Shown piece by piece: positions 34,343 to 51,100 of a stretch of 64,000 bases of DNA. The notes beneath the pieces were generated by a model. It saw nothing but the letters and a program-made list of their open reading frames with translations, ran no database searches and had not been told where the DNA came from. Each line of letters starts with the position of its first letter. The stretch's first letter is position 1. The DNA comes from Macrostomum lignano (Eukaryota): contig NIVC01003518.1 in NCBI GenBank assembly GCA_002269645.1, positions 1 to 64,000 of the forward strand, read 5' to 3'. The translations under genes were made by a program, and so were the position numbers.

Positions 34343-35572
34343 ATGAAGTATAGGTGTCTTGCCTGTGGTTGTCTAGAGGCCTTCAATAGGAACGCTGCCC
34401 CGGTGAAGTACAGTTGCTTGAGCTCCTCTGGGAAGTCTCCGGGTTGATCTAGTAGCGTTGGTAGTGCTGCCACCAGCTTCGCAGAGTCGCAGCCTTCGGT
34501 GAGGTGCTGAGCTCGTAGAAGCAAATAACTAAGACGAGAGAAAGAGACTCGCACTTCGTGCAGATTTAGCAGTTCTCGCGCAGAGGTGCCCACCGTCAGC
34601 AGTCCCTGCCGGGCTGGTGCGGGGTGAGAGCGAAAGTGCTAGCTTCGGGCGATCCGAGCTGGCCTGCTAATTGATAGCAGGAACAATCAGAGGCAGTCAC
34701 GCGCAAAGTCGGGAGTTTGGAGTTCACTTGAAGCGCAGACTTGGCACACAACTTAGAGTTCGCTAGAAACGAAACGGAAGGAACGCTAGGAAAGCTTGGA
34801 AAGCTAGGAACGCGAGGAACGGTAGGAACGCTTGTCTGAGCCAAGCCATGAGAGGGGCCGCATTTATAGGGAGGATCGATTGCACCATAGCACGAAAGGC
34901 CCCCGCTGAGAGTCATAAGTGACTCTGTTGCTATTTTTAGCAACAAACAAGCGGGCCCTGCCTCAGAGGAGGCAAGGGGGGGGTCCGGGCGCACGTGATC
35001 TCCCCATAAACACGAGCCCAGCGTACAATGATGAAATCATTGCACTTTGGACTAAAGAAGGAAGAGGGCCTTGTCATGTGACTGACTCACATGACAAGGG
35101 GAAACGGCCCACAAGTGAAGGCACTCGTGACCGTGGGACCGGAAAACAGAAAGGCACTCCAAATTTGGAGATGCCTGACAGAGAACGAAACAGAGGCAGG
35201 CCAGACCAAGCTGTCTGGGCACTGCAAAAGGGAAAACGAGACAAAAGGGGGCAAACGAGGACAAACAGACAGACAGACAAACGAGCAGAGGACAGGCCAG
35301 GGGACAGGCGGGGGGGAACAGGCAACTGCCCAGCGGCAGACAGAAACCTGGGGAGAAGGCGAGGGCAAGGGGGGCAAACGGCAACTTAAACCGAGGGACT
35401 CTGTGACATCCGCCAGCTTTTCGTTTTTCGAGGAGGCTCTTCCCCCTCCTTTTCGTTCTGGCCTGGCGTGGAAGCGGCTAGCTTCCTCGTCTTGGTCTGC
35501 TGGTGGGGGACGGATCCCCCCTGCTGCTTTTTTGCGGGGCAGGTGGCTGCTAAGTAGTTGGCTGCTGGCTAA

Positions 35573-40658
<5,086 letters not shown>

Positions 40659-40802
40659 TCCTTGTGCTCTTTTACCTTGGGGGTTGCGATAGGGGCCTCG
40701 CGGCCTATTCGCGGCGCCTGCGCCCCCCGTCAGTAGTAGTAGTAAGGCGAGGGCAACAGCTGACTAGTGCGGCGCCTAACTAAACTAGCGACTCACTACA
40801 CT

Positions 40803-41129
40803 ATGCTAGGCGATGAAGTTGACCTGCTAACTAGAAGCTACTCAAGTGCGACAGTCAACCACGAGCTCATCAAACGACTGTGCAACTGCTCTGAAGTTGT
40901 TGACCGACTGAAACTGATTCTACTTGAGATGGATAGCTTAATGACGGTCAGACATCATTTTGGAATCGACTCGAGTAACCAAGCTATCTCTGGTGGACAA
41001 GCCGAAACAATTCTAAGAAATTTGCGTGAAAGAGAGCTCTTATCGGCAAGAGATCTCGGATCGGCCTTTAAAAAGTGCGGCTGCTTAAATGGTCTACGAA
41101 TTCTGCGAGATTTTGAGACGAGTAATTAA
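40803..41129 (+). CDS. Stand-alone death-domain ORF (108 aa), distal half of gene C last exon
   Basis: MLGDEVDLLTRSY..LIKRLC..LRERELLSARDLGSAFKKCGCLNGLRILRDF aligns along its length with the gene B death domain; the ATG overlaps the CTAT TSD. Confidence 0.75.
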   Translation: MLGDEVDLLTRSYSSATVNHELIKRLCNCSEVVDRLKLILLEMDSLMTVRHHFGIDSSNQAISGGQAETILRNLRERELLSARDLGSAFKKCGCLNGLRILRDFETSN

Positions 41130-42104
41130 GCCGGGTTGTGTGCAGATGCCCATGATACCCAAACTATATGTGCGTTTGATCATAACCCAGCAAAGCTAGC
41201 TAAGTCACGTAGGGTGCAGTGTTTGCAAATTTTATTTATTCGCGTCGACCAGAAACACCTAGCATTCATATTTGGAAAAAAAACACACGCATTAAAAAAC
41301 AAACGAAATAAAAAGCTAATATATTGAAAACTCAGTAAAATTTAATGGCCTAGAATTAATGAAGAGTCGAGTGTGATTAACATTTTTTAAAAGTAAGCAT
41401 CCAAGAAAAACATTCAGGTACGATTTTGTCATAGAAACTTCACATGAATAACTTTTTTGTTTGTAATAAAGTCTGATTTGTCTATTCTGCAACGATAAAT
41501 GGCTCTGCATAGTTTACATTTTGTAAACCTAGCCGGTACATCGCAAAGTGAAACTGTCTACGTATCAACGCGTGAAATTGTTATAACTATACCATGTATA
41601 TCACACATACAAAAACGCGATATATTAAACAAGACAAAACCAACAAAAGCACCCTTGATGTTAACTCTTCGCACATTAAAATGTTTTATTTTCTTCAAGT
41701 AATTACATTGTATACGATATGAACCTAAAACAGCTAGTGTTTTTTATTGACAATGTAAACTCGCATGACTCGCATGAATTTATAACTCGCATGATTATTT
41801 CAATCCATTTTGATAACGGTATAATATAACTATGTTGTACGAGTTTTCTTCAACCTAAGTCAGACTTTTCATTTCTATTAAACTTCTTTTAATACGTCTG
41901 CAAATATATCATGAGAAGGAGGATTGTAAGCTCAGCAGTATGAAAGCTTACATTTTTATCTACTAGCTTTTGTGATCCTCGAACTCCGAGCACTGTTACA
42001 ACCGAAGCAAGTAGCTACAGCGACCGCCACAAGCCGTATTACAGTGCAATAGCCAGTTACGTATTCTATGCATAAAAAGAGTTTTCACGACGGAAAGTCA
42101 ACTC

Positions 42105-42710
42105 TCGCTCCTTAGATCTCCACTCTCGCTCCCAGATCTCCACTCTCCCTCCCAGATCTCCACTCTCGCTCCCAGATCTCCACTCTCCCTCCCAGATCTC
42201 CACTCTCCCTCCCAGATCTCCACTCTCGCTCCCAGATCTCCACTCTCCCTCCCAGATCTCCACTCTCGCTCCCAGATCTCCGCTCTCGCTCCCAGATCTC
42301 CACTCTCCCTCCCAGATCTCCACTCTCGCTCCCAGATCTCCACTCTCCCTCCCAGATCTCCACTTTCGCTCCCAGATCTCCACTCTCGCTCCCAGATCTC
42401 CACTCTCCCTCCCAGATCTCCACTCTCGCTCCCAGATCTCCACTCTCCCTCCCAGATCTCCACTCTCGCTCCCAGATCTCCGCTCTCGCTCCCAGATCTC
42501 CACTCTCCCTCCCAGATCTCCACTCTCCCTCCCAGATCTCCACTCTCGCTCCCAGATCTCCACTCTCCCTCCCAGATCTCCACTCTCGCTCCCAGATCTC
42601 CACTCTCCCTCCCAGATCTCCACTCTCCCTCCCAGATCTCCACTCTCCCTCCCAGATCTCCACTCTCGCTCCCAGATCTCCACTCTCCCTCCCAGATCTC
42701 CACTCTCGCA
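42105..42710. repeat. 20-bp minisatellite (CACTCTC[G/C]CTCCCAGATCTC)
   Basis: About 30 tandem copies. Confidence 0.95.
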
Positions 42711-44647
42711 CTCTCCCACTTTCCGTTCCAGATCTCTCACTATTTAAGATCCCAATTGACACTCTTAGATCCCTTAATCTCACTCTCAAATCCCCAATCT
42801 ACTACCTAGATCCAAATCTAAACTACATATCCATCTACAGTAAAAGATGAACGTTTTTTTGCATTGCGAAAGGACGATTTTAAACAAAAATTGCTCATAT
42901 CAGTGCGTTCTTCTTTACTGTAATTAGCACTTAAGTAATACCTTGTCACGTTATTGGCGTAGAGGCTATGACCCTTAGAAGGGCCGTTTTACGAGAGTTG
43001 TCGTAAGTCGTAGTCCCAAAATGAATCGAGTCAAGTCTTGATAAGCGGATTGTGTAGCGGAGCACTTGGCATACAAGGCAGGTAACTGCCGTAGTTGTTT
43101 TATTGTTGAGATCAATATTCAAATTTGGTTAATGTTAATACAGAACTTATTGTGCTTTTGGGACACTGGCGGCTGCAACAATGGTTTTGAATTGAAGGTG
43201 AATTAGAAATTGTAGTCGAGTGGTAGGCGAGTGATGCAAGGCGATGCAACGTGGTGAGTAACGGCGATGAGCACAGCAGTGGCAGATGCGTAGTGGTGAG
43301 ATTGGCGCTAGCCGTGGCAGACAGTGGCAGGCAGTGTAAACAGGCTGGCCCAGACAGAGGAGCCGTGGCGAGAGATAAGGAGGCTCGAGACAGAAGGCAG
43401 GAGAAGGAAAACAAGAGCCGCGAAGTGAGGAGGCCCCCAGCCCGCCGCCAGGCGGGGTTAATAAAGAGCGCAAAAGGGGGTAGCGTAAAACACGGAGAGT
43501 TTTCATTGGCTGGCGAGAGAACTTGAAATTATCGATCGTGCCAAAATTCACAGACGGGCGCAAGGCCTACCAAATACACAGTGAATTAGCAGTTGATACA
43601 GATTATTTGCACGCTACTATAAGTAAACGTTAAAATAAACTATTGGAGAAATTAAAATGAGAAATTGCGAGGGAAACTATAGTCCAACGGCCCTTTTGCG
43701 GGACCACTTAAACTAGCAACGTCACAACCTTGTTTTCTAACCTCGCTCCTATATTTTGCCCACTTTGTCAACTACCAAAAGCATTTATATAGCTTACTGC
43801 GGCAACTGTTCTCAGTACAAACTATTCAACAACTACAGACTTCCGGCTCCGAAAAAATGTGTTTCTATTTCTATATTAAAAAAATTGTCTGCTTTAAAGA
43901 CAAAATGCAAAAGCGACTTCTTTAGGAGACCAGTAAAGATTGAATTGAAGCCTTTAGAATGAAAAGTGTTTCCATTTACTTAAAGTAGCTACTTTCTATT
44001 GAACATTTTGCTTTCATAGACAATTCGTTGTCAGGCGCTGCGACCGATGATTCTTTGCATTGTTCTGCATAAAAAATACAATCAATGGATAAATAATCAG
44101 CGGTCCCAGTGCGTGACAACGATTGTCTGGCGAGCGCCGGTAGGCGCGAGCCATAGACAAATCGTTTTCACGTGCTGCGACCGCTGATTCTTTGCATTGT
44201 TTTTCTGTTTGACGATCCTACAGACAATGCATTGTTTGTAGTAATGGATTGTTCTGCATTAAAAATGTGAATAATGATCGTCAAATTGCTAAACAATGAC
44301 AATGACCGTCAAATTGCAGCTAAACAATGGCATTCGATGCGAGAGACTAACTAAAGTAGACTGCTAAAATATGGACCAACTTATTTAAATCGAAATTCAT
44401 TTCAGAATGTAAAACTTCCGCATCTTTCTACCAGCTAGCTTTCTCGTCAGCCTTTTTTGCTTCTACATATACTGTTATCAGAAACTTTAAACAAAAGCTT
44501 ACGACTAGCTAATTAAGTACGCTCGCACATGAAAAAAAATGTATTATCGTTTTATAACTTTATATAGCAAAATATATAGAAAGAGCAAATCACAGAATAC
44601 GGAGCAAATAGCCTAGCTGATTATGTCTCAGTACCATGCATGTCAAA

Positions 44648-45110
44648 AGGAGTTAGTATATTCACTCAAGTGCATAATGTCCACACACACAATGAGTTTG
44701 CATGAGTTTTTAGTTCGACAAGTTTCGCAAAGCCGTGAAGAATTTCTAAAAAGTTAGTTATATTAAATTAAAGTAAAATAAAGTGCATACTAATTTCGGT
44801 CCAATTTATGAGTGAAAAATTTCTCTGAGTATTCATAAGTGCATACGGATATATTTACCATAAATAGGCTCTGACTGAGCTCCACAAGGTCTTTGTCGTC
44901 AAATTTTACTACTTAGTTATCAACTGTGCTAATTATCGGCATACAAGCTACATCAGCATCAACCAGATTACTCAACTACAGCGCTAAACTAACGCAGGAA
45001 CCAATTTTGAATTTCGTTTTAGGATATAAGTATATTAAAAGCACGTTGCATAGAGAGAATACTTTCTCGGCAAGGACATGCAGAGTGCGGGACTTCTTGA
45101 ATGGGCTTTC
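44648..45110 (+). repeat. Diverged duplicate of the promoter and first exon of the three-finger gene
   Basis: Collinear blocks shared with 47644-48230, including ACCAATTTTGA, GGATATAAG..AAAAGCACGTTGCATAG and GGACATG[C/A]AGAGTGCGGGACTTCTTGAAT. Confidence 0.75.
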
Positions 45111-45344
45111 TGGCACTGGCACTTAAGGGACAGAATTGGGAGAAATTGATCGGCTCCATTGTATTTGGTTTCAGCTTTACAATAGCTATTTTTGTGGGGG
45201 GTTAAGTTATCGAAAAAAATATAAATATTATTATCAATAACCATCCTACACATACATTTCACAATTTCACAATAACAGGTTACAGTAATACGCTTCTTTA
45301 AAAGCCTTCAACGTCTAAACTTCCGTATAATTTTCATAAAATTA

Positions 45345-46985
45345 CTCTCGCTCCCAGATCCTCACTATCGCTCCCAGATCCTCACTCTCGCTCTCAGATC
45401 CTCACTCTCGCTCCCAGATCCTCACTCTCGCTCCCAGACCCTCACTCTCGCTCCCAGATCCTCACTCTCGCTCCCAGATCCTCACTCTCGCTCCCAGACC
45501 CTCACTCTCGCTCCCAGATCCTCACTCTCGCTCTCAGATCCTCACTCTCGCTCCCAGATCCTCACTCTCGCTCTCAGATCCTCACTCTCGCTCTCAGATC
45601 CTCACTCTCGCTCTCAGATGCTCACTCTCGCTCTCAGATCCCCACTCTCGCTCTCAGATCCCCACTCTCGCTCCCAGATCCTCACTCTCGCTCCCAGATC
45701 CTCACTCTCGCTCTCAGATCCTCACTCTCGCTCCCAGATCCTCACTCTCGCTCTCAGATCCTCACTCTCGCTCCCAGATCCTCACTCTCGCTCTCAGATC
45801 CTCACTCTCGCTCTCAGATCCTCACTCTCGCTCCCAGATCCTCACTCTCGCTCCCAGATCCTCACTCTCGCTCCCAGATCCTCACTCTCGCTCTCAGATC
45901 CTCACTCTCGCTCCCAGATCCTCACTCTCGCTCCCAGATCCTCACTCTCGCTCCCAGATCCTCACTCTCGCTCCCAGATCCTCACTCTCGCTCCCAGATC
46001 CTCACTCTCGCTCCCAGATCCTCACTCTCGCTCTCAGATCCTCACTCTCGCTCCCAGATCCTCACTCTCGCTCCCAGATCCTCACTCTCGCTCCCAGATC
46101 CTCACTCTCGCTCTCAGATCCTCACTCTCGCTCCCAGATCCTCACTCTCGCTCTCAGATGCTCACTCTCGCTCTCAGATGCTCACTCTCGCTCTCAGATC
46201 CCCACTCTCGCTCTCAGATCCCCACTCTCGCTCCCAGATCCTCACTCTCGCTCCCAGATCCTCACTCTCGCTCTCAGATCCTCACTCTCGCTCCCAGATC
46301 CTCACTCTCGCTCTCAGATCCTCACTCTCGCTCCCAGATCCTCACTCTCGCTCTCAGATCCTCACTCTCGCTCTCAGATCCTCACTCTCGCTCCCAGATC
46401 CTCACTCTCGCTCCCAGATCCTCACTCTCGCTCCCAGATCCTCACTCTCGCTCTCAGATCCTCACTCTCGCTCCCAGATCCTCACTCTCGCTCCCAGATC
46501 CTCACTCTCGCTCCCAGATCCTCACTCTCGCTCTCAAATCCTCACTCTCGCTCCCAGATCCTCACTCTCGCTCTCAGATCCCCACTCTCGCTCTCAGATC
46601 CTCACTCTCGCTCCCAGATCCTCACTCTCGCTCCCAGATCTCCACTCTCGCTCCCAGATCCTCACTCTCGCTCCCAGATCCTCACTCTCGCTCCCAGATC
46701 CTCACTCTCGCTCCCAGATCCTCACTCTCGCTCCCAGATCCTCACTCTCGCTCCCAGATCCTCACTCTCGCTCCCAGATCTCCACTCTCGCTCCCAGATC
46801 CTCACTCTCGCTCTCAGATCCTCACTCTCGCTCCCAGATCCTCACTCTCGCTCCCAGATCCTCACTCTCGCTCCCAGATCCTCACTCTCGCTCCCAGATC
46901 CTCACTCTCGCTCTCAAATCATCACTCTCGCTCCCAGATCCTCACTCTCGCTCCCAGCTCCTCACTCTCGCTCCCAGAACTCCCA
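45345..46985. repeat. 20-bp minisatellite (CTCACTCTCGCTC[C/T]CAGATC), related to the 42.1 kb array
   Basis: About 80 tandem copies. Confidence 0.95.
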
Positions 46986-48121
46986 GAGCGGGGCCATCAG
47001 CTGCTAATTTTCTACTCCACTGTCATGGTTTTATGTAATTAGATGGAACCAAAAGCGGCCTGGGTCGCCCGCTATTCTAATGGAGATGTGACGACTAGTG
47101 GACGACTCCGATGGACTTCAGCTGGCCTGCTGGGCTGTCACCGTCTGCTGCTGGTGGGGGGAGGGTCCGGCACTTTCCTGTCGCGCTGACCTGCTTCAGC
47201 ATCCAAAGGATCTTGTTTTGCGCTGCGAATTCGGCAAGACCATCCAGTACAAAGAGCGAAGTCACATGGTGCTGCTGCCGAGATTGACATGGCGGTGCCC
47301 GGTGAACGCAGTCGAGCGACACATCCAACGGATTGCGGTCAGCGGAGGGTGTTCGACGAGAACTGTAATCCGCGCACAGTCTGCGTAGAGGAGGTGCCAC
47401 CTGGGCGTCAGTGCTTGGCCTCCCAGTGTCTGACATCATGCGCACTGGTTACTGGAGGAGTGAGGCTGTGCAGCGACACCTCCCTCGGTTTCATCAGGTA
47501 GCTGCAAATTTTGCCAGTAGTGTCTCAGCCCTGTTTTAGCTCCCCTTTTTCTGCTCCTATCTTCTTGCTTGCTTTGGGTTTGGGGGCCGCTTTGTGTATC
47601 GCCTCTCGATTGCTTCTCGCCAAAAATAATATTGCTGATCACAAGGAGTTAGTATTCACTTAAGTGCATCAGGTCAACCGTTTTTTGCACACGCAATGGG
47701 TTCCGTGACAATATTTGTGTTCTCCGGGATTTTATTTGGTAATATTCAATAATATCCCGTAAAATCTTTATGTCTATGGTTTATACGAGATTACACATGC
47801 CTTTTTCGGGAGTTATTTTCATAAATCCATCGGGCCTCAGGCCCTCGTGATTTATACAAATAACTCCCTCAAAAGGCATGTTTAATCTGATACTTAGTTC
47901 GAAAAATTTCACAAAGCCGTCTAAACAGTTTGTGATATGAAATTGTTTTGAAATAAAGTACATACTAAGTTCAGTCTAATTTATGAGTTAATAAGCACTT
48001 CTCTGAGTATTCATAAGAGTACAGATATATTTACCATAGATCAGCTCTGATTGAGCTTGACAACAGGCACTAGTCGGCAAACTGCGCTAATTATCGGCAC
48101 ACAAATTAATGTATCAGAATC

Positions 48122-48160
48122 AACCAATTTTGACCTTCGCTAGGATATAAGATATAAAAG
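48122..48160 (+). promoter_or_regulatory. Candidate CCAAT + TATA (TATAAAAG 48153-48160) promoter
   Basis: Located about 40 nt upstream of the ATG at 48199. Confidence 0.5.
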
Positions 48161-48198
48161 CACGTTGCATAGTGAGAATATACTTTCTCGGCAAGGAC

Positions 48199-51100
48199 AT
48201 GAAGAGTGCGGGACTTCTTGAATCGGCTCTCGCTTGGACTTTACTGCTAACCGTAATTGGTAAGCCATTTGTTGACTGTTAAAATATTAGTCCTGGTGTT
48301 TACTTATAGCTAGTTACATGTAGTTACATGCAGAGGTCAATATAGTCGCAAACGAGCTCTAAAAAATGGGGTCGTGCGCACGGATTCTAATCTGGGGTTG
48401 TTTTGCGGGAGAGAGCGAGTAGCCTCGACCGTTAAGCAATTCTACCACTGTATGAAATATTTACCATCTAGCTTTAGACCAGAGGCACGTCTTTGCATTA
48501 GGTTCACGATATTTCACAGATTGTGATGAGCAAATTCTCAAGTTAAATAAAATTTTGCGTTCGTGTCAACTACTCGTATATCAACGCAGGTTGGAAGCTG
48601 CATTGCAAAAACTTAAAAGTAGACTACTAATTACATGCGATGTAGCTATGAAACAATTGATTTTCAGCCAACTATCAGCGCTTTTTGGTGTTTAATGATT
48701 GATACTTATAAAATTTTACCAGTGTATATTTAATTTTAACATTGCAGCGACTGCTGCAGGCCTGGAATGCCATGATCAAGAAAGCACAAATCACACAATA
48801 AAATGCTCGGATCATCAGAAAACTTGCGCTCGAAGCTACTTTAGCGACGGTGTAAGAATACTAACAGTGCAAAGTGTTAATTCGAATCTACGAATTTCAA
48901 AGTCAGATTTTCAAAAAAATGTTATCGTCTCACTTCTAATTTTAGAAATTTATGGGTGCTTCCTGTGGCGATTGCACCAAGTTTCATTTCGCCGCGCTCT
49001 CAGTCGGATTAACGGCGTTCTGCAAAACCTGCAGCGACGACAAGTGCAACTCTGCTAAGCTAACAAACGGCTTATGTAAGCTTCGGTGCGAATCAAAAAT
49101 GCAGTAGTAAGCAAGGAAGATCATACATACACAAGATGGGCCACTCATTAACCACTTATGTGGCCATAGAAGCTAATGTGAATAATTGTGCCACTCGCGA
49201 CAGCACGAAAATCAACTACTGCACTCAATTTCGTCAGTAGTCTCTGCAGTGCATGCATCATTCTTAGTTTGATTGAGTATAGCTTTTTATATAATTCACG
49301 AGAATTTCTATCCAATTCTTAAAAAATAGCGTCTATGTCCCTAAGCTACAGAACTCAAATTTATAAGCAATCAATTATTTAAAGCTTGTTTTTTCCTGAT
49401 CTTGTCTAATTGATAAAAATTATCTAGTACATGCACGTGTAGATAGTAATACAAGTAGCTAATAAAAAAACAGGAGCGTCGCCAGGGGGGACAGGGGGGA
49501 CATGTCCCCTCCAGTAAAAAATCTGGGGCAAATGCCAATGCTTTGTCTCCCCCTTACCCCACCTTTTGTATGACCCGTTGTGGAAATCAATCATCTTGCT
49601 GCAAGGCGACAAAACATAGCGCCTGCGGCGCCAAAATGAGTGCCTGCGGCGCCAAAATGGTGCCTGTGGCGCCAAAATAAGTGCCTGCGGCGCCAAAATG
49701 GTTCCTGTAGCACTAAATTGAGTGCTGACAACACTGCTGATTCTGAAAATAATGTACATGCAGCAGTTTTGTAATATAATCCACCATAAAATCCAATGCG
49801 ACGTCCTTTGAAAATAAGCATAAGAAAGTCAGTTGTTGCAAAAGCCTATTTTATAATAACACTTCAGCTTTCAGGCCTCAATTCTCCTGCTCGGTCGGAT
49901 CCAACTTGATTGTGCTCTGCAACACCGGGGTCAGCGTGTGTTTTCGAGCTAAATACAGCAATGGAGTAAGTTACGCTCGTATTTATTGCTAGAATTAGTC
50001 GTGTGACTAAATGAGCATCTTATTTCTTTTTTGTTATAAATACAGCGTACAATAAGCGGTTGCGGCGAGTGTGCCGGCATCATGGCTAAGGCCTTGAAAG
50101 AGAAAAAAGCAGTCGCATGCAAAACCTGTTCGGCAGCTAAGTGCAATACCGAAGTTCTATTGACTGTCGAAGGTAAGCAAATCTACATTTACTGTGCATA
50201 ATCAGATTTGTTATTAGTTAATAAAGAAAGAAGCAAATTTCAATGACAAGTTACAAGTTACACAATATTAATTGGAAACGCCTTTAGTAGCAAAGGAAGT
50301 AGCAAGTAGCAAAATGACAAAATAAAGCCTTCACAAAGATAACTTCCTTAAATAGACAGCATCCCAATTACCGCAACTATCCCCCAGAATGAAAGCGTTC
50401 TCCAGATAGACAGTATCCCCCAGATAGAAAGCATGCCCTAGATACCAAGCATCCCAGATAGCAAGCATAGCAAGCATCCCTGAATAGAAAGAATTCTTAG
50501 CTAGCAAGTACCCCCCAATACAAGCATCCCCCAAATACAATACTAGCAATTAAGCATCCCCCAGAAAGCAAGCATAATTTAAATTGATCGAACACTCTGT
50601 AAAAAAGATCAGGTTGCTGCGCCACAACGAAACAACAGTATAACAAAATAATTTAAAAAGGCTCAGCGAATTCTAAAACTTTCGTCAATTGTGATCGCAA
50701 TCTTCAAGTCACCAGCATTTACCTTTGTCGCACTGTCTGCAACGGATTTTGTGTCGTTAGAATTCATATTTTGCGCTGTTGGCTAAAGTAAATTAAAAAG
50801 TAACAGCAAAATCATTTTGCTTGATTAGGGTTAGCATTTTATCGGTCTTAACAGCACTCAAGCTTGACAATGACTTTATTAGCTATTTGTTTTAAATCAT
50901 ACACACTGATAGCCGTAGGTCTACATGGAATGTAAATGAATTCTTAGTTTTCTCACGATGCTTTGGAAACAAAATGCTGCTATAGAGGAAAACAATTTCT
51001 TATGAATATCCACCCTATATTGATTTCGAATGTTACATATGAATTGTTCCAATTGTTTGCCAGCGCCTACGCCAAAAACGGAGTGTCAACCTAGCGCCGC

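Noticed and set aside
42066-47042. Repeat ORFs (EWRSGRESGDL, SLSLPDPHSRSQIL)
   Set aside because: 20-bp satellites open in several frames; no codon-level constraint or splice context.
47040-47640. GC-rich block with 70-116 aa ORFs (a similar block at 18340-18660)
   Set aside because: Probably decayed LINE 3' fragments, but no diagnostic motif could be read with confidence.
48648-48687. Alternative signal-peptide exon MKQLIFSQLSALF
   Set aside because: Phase-compatible but has a weak donor (GTGTTT) and weak hydrophobicity; 48199-48259 has a GTAAG donor and TATA/CCAAT support. It could still be a minor first exon.
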